Source: Planctomycetota bacterium (lineage in GTDB: Bacteria; Planctomycetota; UBA8108; SXIK01). From it: a stretch of DNA of 64,000 bases. The position numbers were made by a program, and so were the translations under genes. The stretch lies in contig CBDCXR010000004.1 of assembly GCA_965223845.1 (NCBI GenBank), forward strand, positions 7,776,001 to 7,840,000, given 5' to 3'. The notes under the pieces are model-generated. The model worked only from the letters and a program-made list of their open reading frames with translations, made no database searches and was not told the DNA's origin. Below are positions 49,956 through 58,230 of the stretch, piece by piece (the first letter of the stretch is position 1; each line of letters begins with the position of its first letter).

Positions 49956-50951
49956 ATGGAGATGACCATCGAAGTCGCCTCCCCCGAGGAGGCGATGATT
50001 CTTTTCGGTCTCGGCGACCGCAATCTCAAGCTGCTCCGTCACGCGCTCAACGTGGAGCTGACGGCACGGGATCGAACGGTCAAGCTTTCCGGCGATTCGG
50101 AGCCCGTGGAGCAGGCGGCGTCGATGCTCAACGACATGATCGAGCTCCATCGCCACGGTACGGCGATGGCGCCCGACTACCTCGAACGGCAGCTCGAAGC
50201 GCTCCAGTCGGGCGGGGACGACACGGCGCTCGCCGAAGGTTCGATGGGACTCTCGACCGACGGTCGATCCGATCGACGGGTCTCGGAGATCTACGCCGGC
50301 TTCGTCGTCTCCTCTGCGCGCTCCGCCGGCCAGGAGGCGTATCTCGCCTCGATCCTCGACAACGACATCGTCTTTTGCATCGGGCCGGCCGGCACGGGAA
50401 AGACGTTTCTCGCGGTACGTGCGGCGGTGCAACTACTGCGGACCGGCGACATTCGGCGCATTATCTTGTGCCGCCCCGCGGTCGAAGCGGGCGAGAAGCT
50501 CGGTTTTCTTCCGGGCGACCAGCAAGCGAAGATCAATCCGTATTTGCGGCCGCTCCACGACGCACTCAACGACATCCTTGATTACGACCAGGTGAAGCGC
50601 TACATGGAGCGGGGGATCATCGAGATCATCCCTCTCGCGTACATGCGCGGGCGTACGCTCAACGACGCGTTTATCATCCTCGATGAGGGACAAAACTCGA
50701 CCGCGGCTCAAATGAAGATGTTCCTCACGCGGATGGGAATGAACTCGAAGATCGTCGTCAACGGAGACGTGACGCAGGTGGACCTTCCGAGCGGTCAGGT
50801 CTCCGGACTCGTCCACTCGCAACGTCTGCTGCGAAAGGTCGAGGGCATCGGTTGGTCGACGATGCAGAAAGTCGACATCGTTCGGCATCCGCTCGTTCGT
50901 CGGATCGTCGACGCCTACGAGGCGGCCGAAGAGTCGCCGCCGAGCCGGTGA
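49956..50951 (+). CDS. PhoH family ATPase
   Basis: GPAGTGKT, RPAVEAGEKLGFLPGD, AYMRGRTL, DEGQN, VRHPLV. Confidence 0.95.
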   Translation: MEMTIEVASPEEAMILFGLGDRNLKLLRHALNVELTARDRTVKLSGDSEPVEQAASMLNDMIELHRHGTAMAPDYLERQLEALQSGGDDTALAEGSMGLSTDGRSDRRVSEIYAGFVVSSARSAGQEAYLASILDNDIVFCIGPAGTGKTFLAVRAAVQLLRTGDIRRIILCRPAVEAGEKLGFLPGDQQAKINPYLRPLHDALNDILDYDQVKRYMERGIIEIIPLAYMRGRTLNDAFIILDEGQNSTAAQMKMFLTRMGMNSKIVVNGDVTQVDLPSGQVSGLVHSQRLLRKVEGIGWSTMQKVDIVRHPLVRRIVDAYEAAEESPPSR

Positions 50952-51059
50952 GTATGCCGCGAGCAGATATGATTGCTTTCTCTTCTGAGCTGGTGCGTCC
51001 CGCCGACGCGGTCGAGTTCGTCTCGATCGCGGATCCGAAACCTACACGGACGGCCCACT

Positions 51060-52793
51060 ATGGGTAGAAAACGCCGATTGGAGCAGTATCTCGCGCGGCG
51101 CCGTCAGAATCAGGACGCCGCGCTCGAGGAAGGTACGCGAATCTCGAATCGGCTCTTTCGTCTCGGGGTGGGCTCCGTCCTCGTCCTGATCATGGTTCTC
51201 CTCGCGAGCTCGCCCTACGAGAGAACACCTACGTTCATGATCGGTGCGGCGATTCTGATCGTCCTCGCGGCCGCCCTCAGCGCCGCTTGCCTCAATCGCG
51301 TACAGCATCAGCTGTTCGAGCGCCCGTCGACGTTCAACCAGTTCGTCGTGCTGTTGCTCCTCCTTCTCGGCGCGCATCGTTTCATCGCGGCGATGGGTTG
51401 GTCACCGTTTCTCACGCCTCTCCCTCTCTTCGCGATGATTTTCGCGATGCTCTTCTCGCAGGGGACGGCGATTCTCCTCGGTCTCGTGCTCGCGACGTTC
51501 CTCGCGGTCTTCGGCCCCTGGGAGCTGAGCGGGGCGGCGCGGTCGCTCCCGCTCCTCTTCGGTCTGGGGCTCGGTTCCACGACGGCGGTGCTCGGAATGC
51601 GGCGCATCCGAAGGCAGACGCGACCCGTCATCGTCGGAGCATACGCTGGACTGACGCAAGCGGCGGTGCTTCTCGCCTTCACTCTCATGGGCGCGTCGGG
51701 CGAGCTCCGCGACGTCGACTTCACCGCCCTTACGGAGGAGCAGGCTCAGGTCCTCTGGCGAGAGCCCGCGTGGGCGTTCGCCGGCGGACTCTTTTCGGGC
51801 GCCATCCTCACCTGTCTTCTTCCCGCGGTCGAGCGGATGCTCGGACTCCTCACCGATCGCCGACTCCTCGACCTAGCCGACCCGAGCAATGATCTTCTCC
51901 GCGTTCTCTCCGAGCAGGCCCCCGGCACTTACCAACACACGCTCGGAGTGTCGACGCTCGCCAGTTCGGCGGCCGGTGCGATCGGGGCGGATTCACTCTT
52001 AGCCCGCGTCGGAGCCTACTACCACGACATCGGGAAGATCAAGACGCCGCACTACTTCGTCGAGAACATGGGCGAAGACAAGTCGATCCACGAGCGCCTG
52101 CGCCCATCGATCTCGAAGATGATCATCATCTCGCACGTCAAGGAGGGCATCCTTCTCGCCAAGGACGAGGGCTTGCCGCAGAAGATCATCGACATGATCC
52201 CGATGCATCACGGGACGACCGTCGTCGAATACTTCTTCCACAAGGCGAAGCGGACGACGGATCCGAATCTCGCCGGCGAGCCCGGCGACGTGGAGTACCG
52301 CTATCCCGGTCCAAAGCCGCGGTTCAAGGAAGCGGGAATCCTGATGCTCGCCGATTCCGTCGAGGCGCGAGCGAAGGTCGAGTCGCATCCCAATCCGAAT
52401 CGATTTCGAGTCATGGTGCACGAGGAGATTCAGAAGCGACTCCTCGACGGACAGCTCGACGAGAGCGATCTGACGCTGAACGACCTCCGCGTCGTCGAGG
52501 ACAGCTTCGTCCGTCAGCTCACGACGATGTATCACGGACGGATCAAGTATCCCGGGCCCGAGCGCGAAGCCCGCAGCCCGAAGCGGTCGCGGACGCCCGA
52601 CGAACCCGGAGCGGGCGGGGACAAGCCGGCTCCGGATGCGGAACCGCGCGCGAATGGGGCGGACGAGCCGCCCAAACGTCGTCGGGATCGCAAAGCGAAG
52701 GATGCGAACGACGCGCCGGAGGAGGGTGACGAGGGCGAACGCGGCGCGGCGACCGGCCGTCCGCGCGAAAAGAGTGAGGTCCGCAGCTTGTGA
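51060..52793 (+). CDS. 7TM-HD phosphohydrolase (PgpH-like)
   Basis: Multi-TM; APGTYQH, YYHDIGK, HHGT, YPGPKP, MLADSVEA, HGRIKYP. Confidence 0.9.
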   Translation: MGRKRRLEQYLARRRQNQDAALEEGTRISNRLFRLGVGSVLVLIMVLLASSPYERTPTFMIGAAILIVLAAALSAACLNRVQHQLFERPSTFNQFVVLLLLLLGAHRFIAAMGWSPFLTPLPLFAMIFAMLFSQGTAILLGLVLATFLAVFGPWELSGAARSLPLLFGLGLGSTTAVLGMRRIRRQTRPVIVGAYAGLTQAAVLLAFTLMGASGELRDVDFTALTEEQAQVLWREPAWAFAGGLFSGAILTCLLPAVERMLGLLTDRRLLDLADPSNDLLRVLSEQAPGTYQHTLGVSTLASSAAGAIGADSLLARVGAYYHDIGKIKTPHYFVENMGEDKSIHERLRPSISKMIIISHVKEGILLAKDEGLPQKIIDMIPMHHGTTVVEYFFHKAKRTTDPNLAGEPGDVEYRYPGPKPRFKEAGILMLADSVEARAKVESHPNPNRFRVMVHEEIQKRLLDGQLDESDLTLNDLRVVEDSFVRQLTTMYHGRIKYPGPEREARSPKRSRTPDEPGAGGDKPAPDAEPRANGADEPPKRRRDRKAKDANDAPEEGDEGERGAATGRPREKSEVRSL

Positions 52794-53287
52794 TGGCGCC
52801 GGATTCCAATCTTCGGACGAGGCGCCCGACCGGCGGAGCCACGATCCGCGTGCTGCTCACCCGCCGGGAGAGATCCGTCGATGCACCTTGGGTGCCCATT
52901 CGGCGCGTTCTGAAGCGCGTCCTCGCCGACCACCAGCAGAGCGGAGCGCTCAGCGTGGTGTTCGTCGGCGATCGTGAGATCGCCGAAATTCACGAGGAGT
53001 TTCTCGGGGACGATCGTCCGACCGACGTGATCTCGTTTCCCTATCCCGCGGAGGATCACCCAGAGGGAGAGGAGACAGTGATCGGCGAGGTGGTACTCTC
53101 GGTGGAGACGGCGCGGCGCGAAGCGGCGCGGCGCGGGATTCCGGTGCCGCGCGAAGTCGCTCTCTACGCGATCCACGGCGCGCTTCATATCGTCGGTTTC
53201 GACGATCGTGACGCGGCCGGACGACGGGAGATGCGGCGATTGGAGCGACGGTACTTGGGCGTCTATCGCGAGTGCGGGGGTGAATGA
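52793..53287 (+). CDS. ybeY: rRNA maturation endoribonuclease
   Basis: PTDVISF, IGEVVLS, HGALHIVGFDD; phoH-HD-ybeY gene order. Confidence 0.9.
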   Translation: MAPDSNLRTRRPTGGATIRVLLTRRERSVDAPWVPIRRVLKRVLADHQQSGALSVVFVGDREIAEIHEEFLGDDRPTDVISFPYPAEDHPEGEETVIGEVVLSVETARREAARRGIPVPREVALYAIHGALHIVGFDDRDAAGRREMRRLERRYLGVYRECGGE

Positions 53288-53363
53288 TGCGCGGGGGTTC
53301 CACGGTGATCTCGCTGCCTCGACCCGGGTCGACGCGCGGCGCGCTCGCTGACGGTCGGTTTCC

Positions 53364-54137
53364 ATGAGCGAGTCGAACAACATCGCGTTCATCTCCGATG
53401 TGCACGGCAATCTCGAGGCTCTGACGGCGGTCCTCGAGCATATCGACGCGTCCGCGGGCCCAGCGCCGACGATCTACTGTCTCGGTGACGTGGTCGGTTA
53501 CGGTCCGGATCCGGCGGAGTGCGTTGATCTCGTCCGCGAGCGCTGCTCCGTGACTCTTTTGGGCAATCACGACGAGGCGCTTTTCAAAGGAGCCCTCGGG
53601 TTCAACGGAGTCGCGCGCGCGGCGATCGATTGGACGCGCAAGATGCTGCGGCCGTCGCTCTTTCGCTCGCAGAATCGGGAGCGCTGGCGGTTCCTCGAGA
53701 AGCTTCCCCTCACGCACGAGCTCGGCGACTGGCTCCTCGTGCACGGCTCGCCGCGGGATCCTACTTCGGAATACATCCTCCCGCGCGACGCCCACTGGCC
53801 GGGAGCGGCGAAGTTCGACGAGCTCTTTGCCCTCGTTCCGTCGCTCTGCTTCGTCGGCCACACGCACATCCCCGGGATTTTCACCCGGGAGCCGAGCTTC
53901 ACTTCCGCGCGAGACATCGAGGGCGAGTTTCGGTTCGCGGACGAGGAGTGGATCATCAACGTGGGTTCGGTGGGGCAGCCGCGCGACGGGGATCCGCGCG
54001 CGTGCTACCTGAGCTACCGCGACGGCGCGTTTCAGTTTCATCGCGTCGAGTACGACATCGAAGCGACGCGGGCGAAGATCCGGGAGCTGCCGCTCCTCGA
54101 TGACCGTCTGGGCGATCGGCTGCTCGAGGGTACCTAG
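53364..54137 (+). CDS. calcineurin-like metallophosphoesterase
   Basis: SDVHGN, LGDVVGYG, GNHD, HGSP, GHTH, NVGSVGQPRD. Confidence 0.93.
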   Translation: MSESNNIAFISDVHGNLEALTAVLEHIDASAGPAPTIYCLGDVVGYGPDPAECVDLVRERCSVTLLGNHDEALFKGALGFNGVARAAIDWTRKMLRPSLFRSQNRERWRFLEKLPLTHELGDWLLVHGSPRDPTSEYILPRDAHWPGAAKFDELFALVPSLCFVGHTHIPGIFTREPSFTSARDIEGEFRFADEEWIINVGSVGQPRDGDPRACYLSYRDGAFQFHRVEYDIEATRAKIRELPLLDDRLGDRLLEGT

Positions 54138-54362
54138 TTCTCTGTCCGAGGGTTCTGCGTCCTTGGGCTCGGCTCGGACGAGGTCACCCGGCGCCATGGT
54201 TCGTGGGCGGCCGGACCCTCTCGCGCTGACGAAACGGCGTATCGATCGCTCGGGCGCGCCTCGGCTTCGACGCGGAATCAGCCCGCCGGAGCGTCGTTGC
54301 AACTCTCACCGGTGCACCTCCTTACGTCGATGGTCGGCGCGAGGTGGGCGGTTCCATTTTGC

Positions 54363-54391
54363 TTGTCGATCGACAGGCGAATCTGTACAGT
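54363..54391 (+). promoter_or_regulatory. possible sigma70 promoter for the EF-G paralog operon
   Basis: TTGTCG, 17 nt, TACAGT. Confidence 0.35.
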
Positions 54392-54601
54392 CTACGCATC
54401 CGTCGAAGCGATTCCCGACCGCGCCTTCGGATGCCGGTCACGGCGGCCGCGACGAGCGCCCGAGACCTCGACGCTCCCCGCCCCGGACGGACGTGCGTGC
54501 GATACGTGCACTCGCGCGCAGCGTCCCGCTGCGATGAGGTTCGACGGATGGAGCCCCGCCCGGTCGGGTGGGGCCGCTCCCCGTTTGGAGGACAACCGAG
54601 C

Positions 54602-56626
54602 ATGGCAGCGAGAACACCGCAGACGACGCGGAACGTCGCGTTCTGTGGACATGGAACGTGTGGAAAAACGACGCTGATCGAGGGTCTCCTCGCGAAGGCG
54701 AAGGCGATCTCTCGACCGGGCTCGGTCGCTGACAAATCGACGGTGTGCGACTTCGACGACCTCGAGAAGGAGAAGGGCTACAGCATCGATCTCGCGACGG
54801 CGCACCTCGATCACGGCGGGGCGACGGTCAATATCATCGATACTCCGGGATACCGCGACTACGTCGGTCAAGTGTACTCCGCCGTGCGCGCGATCGAGTG
54901 CATGATCGTCGTCGTCGACTCCGACGACGGCGTCCGGCCGAACACGCGCAAGGTGTGGGAGATCGCCGATCAGGCGGGAGTTCCGCGCATCGTCGTGATC
55001 AATCGCTGCGATCGCGAGCATGCGAAGGACGACGAAGTCGTCGCGGAGCTCCGTGAGCAACTGAGCCCGGCTTGCCATCCGATTCAGAAGCCCGACGCGA
55101 TCGGCCCCTCGTTCTCGTCCGTATCGAGCCTCGTCGGTGGGGAAGGCGGCGAAGATCTTCAGGACGCGATCGCCGAAGCGGACGACGATCTGATGGAGCG
55201 CTACCTCGGCGGCGAGGACGTGAGCGCCGAGGAGTGGCAGAGCGGACTCGTCGCCGCCGTGAAGAGCTGCAGCGTGTTTCCCGTGCTCTACGCGGCCGGC
55301 GAGAAAGACATCGGAACTGCGGAGCTTCTCGATGCGATCGTCGAGCTCGTCCCGAATGCGAGTGAGAGCCTCGGGAGAACGTGCTCGAAGCCAGCGGATG
55401 GTGACGCCGAGCCGGAGCAGGTCCCCGTCGCTACCGACGTCGATTCGCCGCTCTGTGGATTCGTCTTTCGCGTGGCGAGTGATCCCTACGTCGGGAAGCT
55501 GTCCTACGTGCGCATTTTTTCCGGTTCCCTCGCTGCGAACGGAACGTTCTACAATCCGAATTCGCGCAAGATGGAGAAGGCGGGCAAGTTCGTTCGGCTC
55601 CAGGGTAAGGAGCAGGAGGCCGTCGAGTCTGCGGTCGCGGGCGACGTGATCGCGCTCGTCAAGGTCGAAGGCTTGAAGGCGTTCGATACGATCACCGCGG
55701 GCGAGCCACTCGCGCTCGCAGCGCCGAAGCTGCCGATGCCGATGTACCGCCGCGCGGTGGGACCAAAGTCGAAGGCCGACGAAAAGAAGTTTGCCGAAGC
55801 GATCGCCAAGTGCATCGACGAAGATGTCATGTTCGCCGGCGACCGTGACAAGCGGACGCACGAGCTGGTCGTTTCAGGCGTGAGTCAGCTCCACCTCTCG
55901 GTGCTCTGGGATCGACTCAAGGGGCGCTACGGCGTCGAGGTCACCACGACGGAGCCGAAGACTCCGTACCTCGAGACGATCACTGTGAATGCCTCCGGGA
56001 GCTATCGTCACAAGAAGCAATCGGGCGGCGCCGGTGAGTTCGCCGAAGTGCACCTTCGACTCGAGCCGCTCGAGCGCGGCTCCGGGCACGAGTTCGTCAA
56101 CTCCGTGTTCGGCGGTGCGATCGCCGCGACCTACGTTCAGTCGGCCGAAAAGGGCATCCGGGCCGCGCTCGAGTCCGGAGTGATCGCGGGTTACCCGGTC
56201 GTCGACGTCAAGGTCGACATCTACGACGGCAAGGAGCACCCCGTCGACTCGAAGGACATCGCGTTCCAGAAGGCGGGTCGCGAGGCGTTCAAGGTCGCGT
56301 TCCAGGAGTGTAAGCCCGTGCTTCTCGAGCCGATCGTGAACCTCGAGGTGACCTTTCCGGTCGAGAACATGGGTGACATCCAGGGCGATCTCAACCGCCG
56401 CCGCGGCCGCGTCGTCGGGATGGACGCGGTCGGAAGCTTCCAGACGCTCAAGGCGCAGGCGCCCCTCGCTGAGATCTCCGACTACGCGACGACGCTCGGC
56501 TCGATGACGGCGGGACAGGGAACGTTCGACATCGAGCTGTCCCACTACGAGGTCGTCCCGTCGAACCTGCAGCAGAAGATCTGCGAGCAGGCGAAGGCGG
56601 AACTCGAGAAGGACCAGGTCGCGTAA
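54602..56626 (+). CDS. elongation factor G paralog (EF-G2 type)
   Basis: GHGTCGKTT, IIDTPGY, INRCD, YLETI, KKQSGG.G.FA, H.VDS, LLEPI. Confidence 0.92.
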   Translation: MAARTPQTTRNVAFCGHGTCGKTTLIEGLLAKAKAISRPGSVADKSTVCDFDDLEKEKGYSIDLATAHLDHGGATVNIIDTPGYRDYVGQVYSAVRAIECMIVVVDSDDGVRPNTRKVWEIADQAGVPRIVVINRCDREHAKDDEVVAELREQLSPACHPIQKPDAIGPSFSSVSSLVGGEGGEDLQDAIAEADDDLMERYLGGEDVSAEEWQSGLVAAVKSCSVFPVLYAAGEKDIGTAELLDAIVELVPNASESLGRTCSKPADGDAEPEQVPVATDVDSPLCGFVFRVASDPYVGKLSYVRIFSGSLAANGTFYNPNSRKMEKAGKFVRLQGKEQEAVESAVAGDVIALVKVEGLKAFDTITAGEPLALAAPKLPMPMYRRAVGPKSKADEKKFAEAIAKCIDEDVMFAGDRDKRTHELVVSGVSQLHLSVLWDRLKGRYGVEVTTTEPKTPYLETITVNASGSYRHKKQSGGAGEFAEVHLRLEPLERGSGHEFVNSVFGGAIAATYVQSAEKGIRAALESGVIAGYPVVDVKVDIYDGKEHPVDSKDIAFQKAGREAFKVAFQECKPVLLEPIVNLEVTFPVENMGDIQGDLNRRRGRVVGMDAVGSFQTLKAQAPLAEISDYATTLGSMTAGQGTFDIELSHYEVVPSNLQQKICEQAKAELEKDQVA

Positions 56627-56635
56627 GGCGGGCGG

Positions 56636-57565
56636 GTGCGGCGTCGAGTGCTTCGGGCGAGCGGGCTCTTCGCAGGGGGCTTACTCGCGATCGTTGTTGC
56701 ATCGCCGCGTTCTGCCATCGCCCAGGAGGGCGGCATCGAGGTGTTCGCGGCGGAAACGCTCTTTAGCGAAGGCTGGAGGGTTTCCGCGAGCTGGATCACC
56801 AAGCGACGCGACCGCTTGTTTCACGGCGACAGCAGGACGAGCGATCCTCAGCATCGCTCTCTCGAAGAGCATCGCGCCGTGCTCGGAGTCGACTACGGTC
56901 TCCTCCCCGAGCTCACTCTTTCGCTTCTCGTTCCGAGCGTCTACCGGGAAGCCCGGGTCGGTTCGCGACGCCTCGAATCGTTCGGCCTCGGCGACGTCGC
57001 TGCGCTCGGAAAGTTCCGTCTCTTCAAGGTCGATGGACGGCGCCGGTCGTTCAATCTTTCGCTCGTCGGCGGACTCGAGCTCCCGACCGGGGAGACGCGC
57101 GAGCGAGACGATGGCGGGCGACTCGATCCCACGCTACAGCCGGGCTCGGGCTCGTGGGATCCATTCGCAGCGCTCACCGCGACCGGCGACCTCGATCTTT
57201 GGCGATTCGACGCGCACGCGTTTTACAAGCTGAATACCGAGGGCGCGCAGGACTTTCGCGAGGGCGACTTTTTTTCCTTCGAGGTCGACGCCGCGTATCG
57301 CTTTTTCTACACGGAGTATCCCGGCCCGACGGCGAGCGCGCGCGTCGGACTTCAGTGGCGGCAGACGGGACGTTCGAAACAGGACGGGAGAACGCGTGAA
57401 GACTCGGGGTCGCACCAGCTATTCCTCCGGCCGGGGCTTTCGTACCATCCGATTCCGGCGCTCGACGTCTCCGTTTCGGTGGACATTCCGCTCTATCAAT
57501 ATTTCCACGGGCGTCAGCTCGCGCTAGACTACCGGTGGTTCGCGGCGATCGGGCTTCGCTTCTGA
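56636..57565 (+). CDS. outer-membrane beta-barrel 'transporter' (Phenol_MetA_deg/SphA-like)
   Basis: Signal peptide; GLGDV, GLELPTG, LQPGSGSWD; amphipathic strands; C-terminal Phe (AAIGLRF). Confidence 0.8.
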   Translation: MRRRVLRASGLFAGGLLAIVVASPRSAIAQEGGIEVFAAETLFSEGWRVSASWITKRRDRLFHGDSRTSDPQHRSLEEHRAVLGVDYGLLPELTLSLLVPSVYREARVGSRRLESFGLGDVAALGKFRLFKVDGRRRSFNLSLVGGLELPTGETRERDDGGRLDPTLQPGSGSWDPFAALTATGDLDLWRFDAHAFYKLNTEGAQDFREGDFFSFEVDAAYRFFYTEYPGPTASARVGLQWRQTGRSKQDGRTREDSGSHQLFLRPGLSYHPIPALDVSVSVDIPLYQYFHGRQLALDYRWFAAIGLRF

Positions 57566-57624
57566 TCGGAGCGACGACGGCGCCCCCTGACCGCGGAAAC
57601 TCACTTGTGGATCGAACTCCCCGA

Positions 57625-58200
57625 ATGAAGAACACTCATCGCGCGCTCCTCGCAACTTCGGCGCTCCTCTTCGCCGTGAGCTGCGAGTTGCCCGGACCGG
57701 CGCCGGGCGGCAAGTCGTTCGCGACGCTCACGCTCCTCGTCGACAGCTGAATCTGAAACGACAAGGCCTTCGGTCTCGAGAAGGCCCTCCGGCGCCGGGT
57801 CGGCGCCGATCGCATCGAGCTCGACGCGCGCGACGGAATCGCCCGGGCCCACATCGATCGTCCGCGCAAGATCGATCTCGCCGCCGCGGAGCGAGCGGCC
57901 TACGGAGCGGGATATACGCTGAAGCGGCTCGACATCGAGGCGGATGGGCGCGTCGAGACCGTCCGCTGCGCGGAGTGCGTCCGCGACGTGTCGGTGTTCA
58001 AGCTTTCGACGGGGCAAACGTTCGAGCTGGGCGACGCGCCGAACGGAGCAACGAGCGCGAGCGGCGAACAGCGACTGCGGATCCGGATCGAGGCGGGGAA
58101 GACGTTCCCGCCGGCGCATCCGGTGTTCTCGCCGGTGGCGGCGCCGAGCACTCCGAAAGTCACTGAGTCGTCGCCGTCGGAAGCCCGCGACGAAAGCTGA
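57625..58200 (+). CDS. candidate selenoprotein: lipoprotein with HMA-like domain, U-I-U motif (TGA at 57748 and 57754) and downstream CxxC; 191 aa with readthrough
   Basis: One continuous frame: MKNTHRALLATSALLFAVSC...LTLLVDS*I*NDKAFGLEKALRRRVGADRIELDARDGIARAH...AAERAAYGAGYT...CAEC...; no in-frame ATG/GTG/TTG between 57757 and 57987; SECIS-like hairpin right after the TGAs. Confidence 0.7.
57765..57786 (+). promoter_or_regulatory. bacterial SECIS-like hairpin
   Basis: GGCCTTC-GGTCTCGA-GAAGGCC: 7-bp stem with an apical loop starting GGUCU; loop starts 21 and 15 nt after the two TGAs. Confidence 0.6.
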
Positions 58201-58230
58201 AGCTACTTGCGGTCTTCTCGGAACTCCGGT

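Noticed and set aside
57625-58200. Pseudogene or alternative genetic code explanation for the two TGAs
   Set aside because: Not excluded, but disfavoured. TGA ends many genes here, both interruptions are TGA in the predicted metal-binding loop, a SECIS-like stem follows, and there is no other sign of decay.
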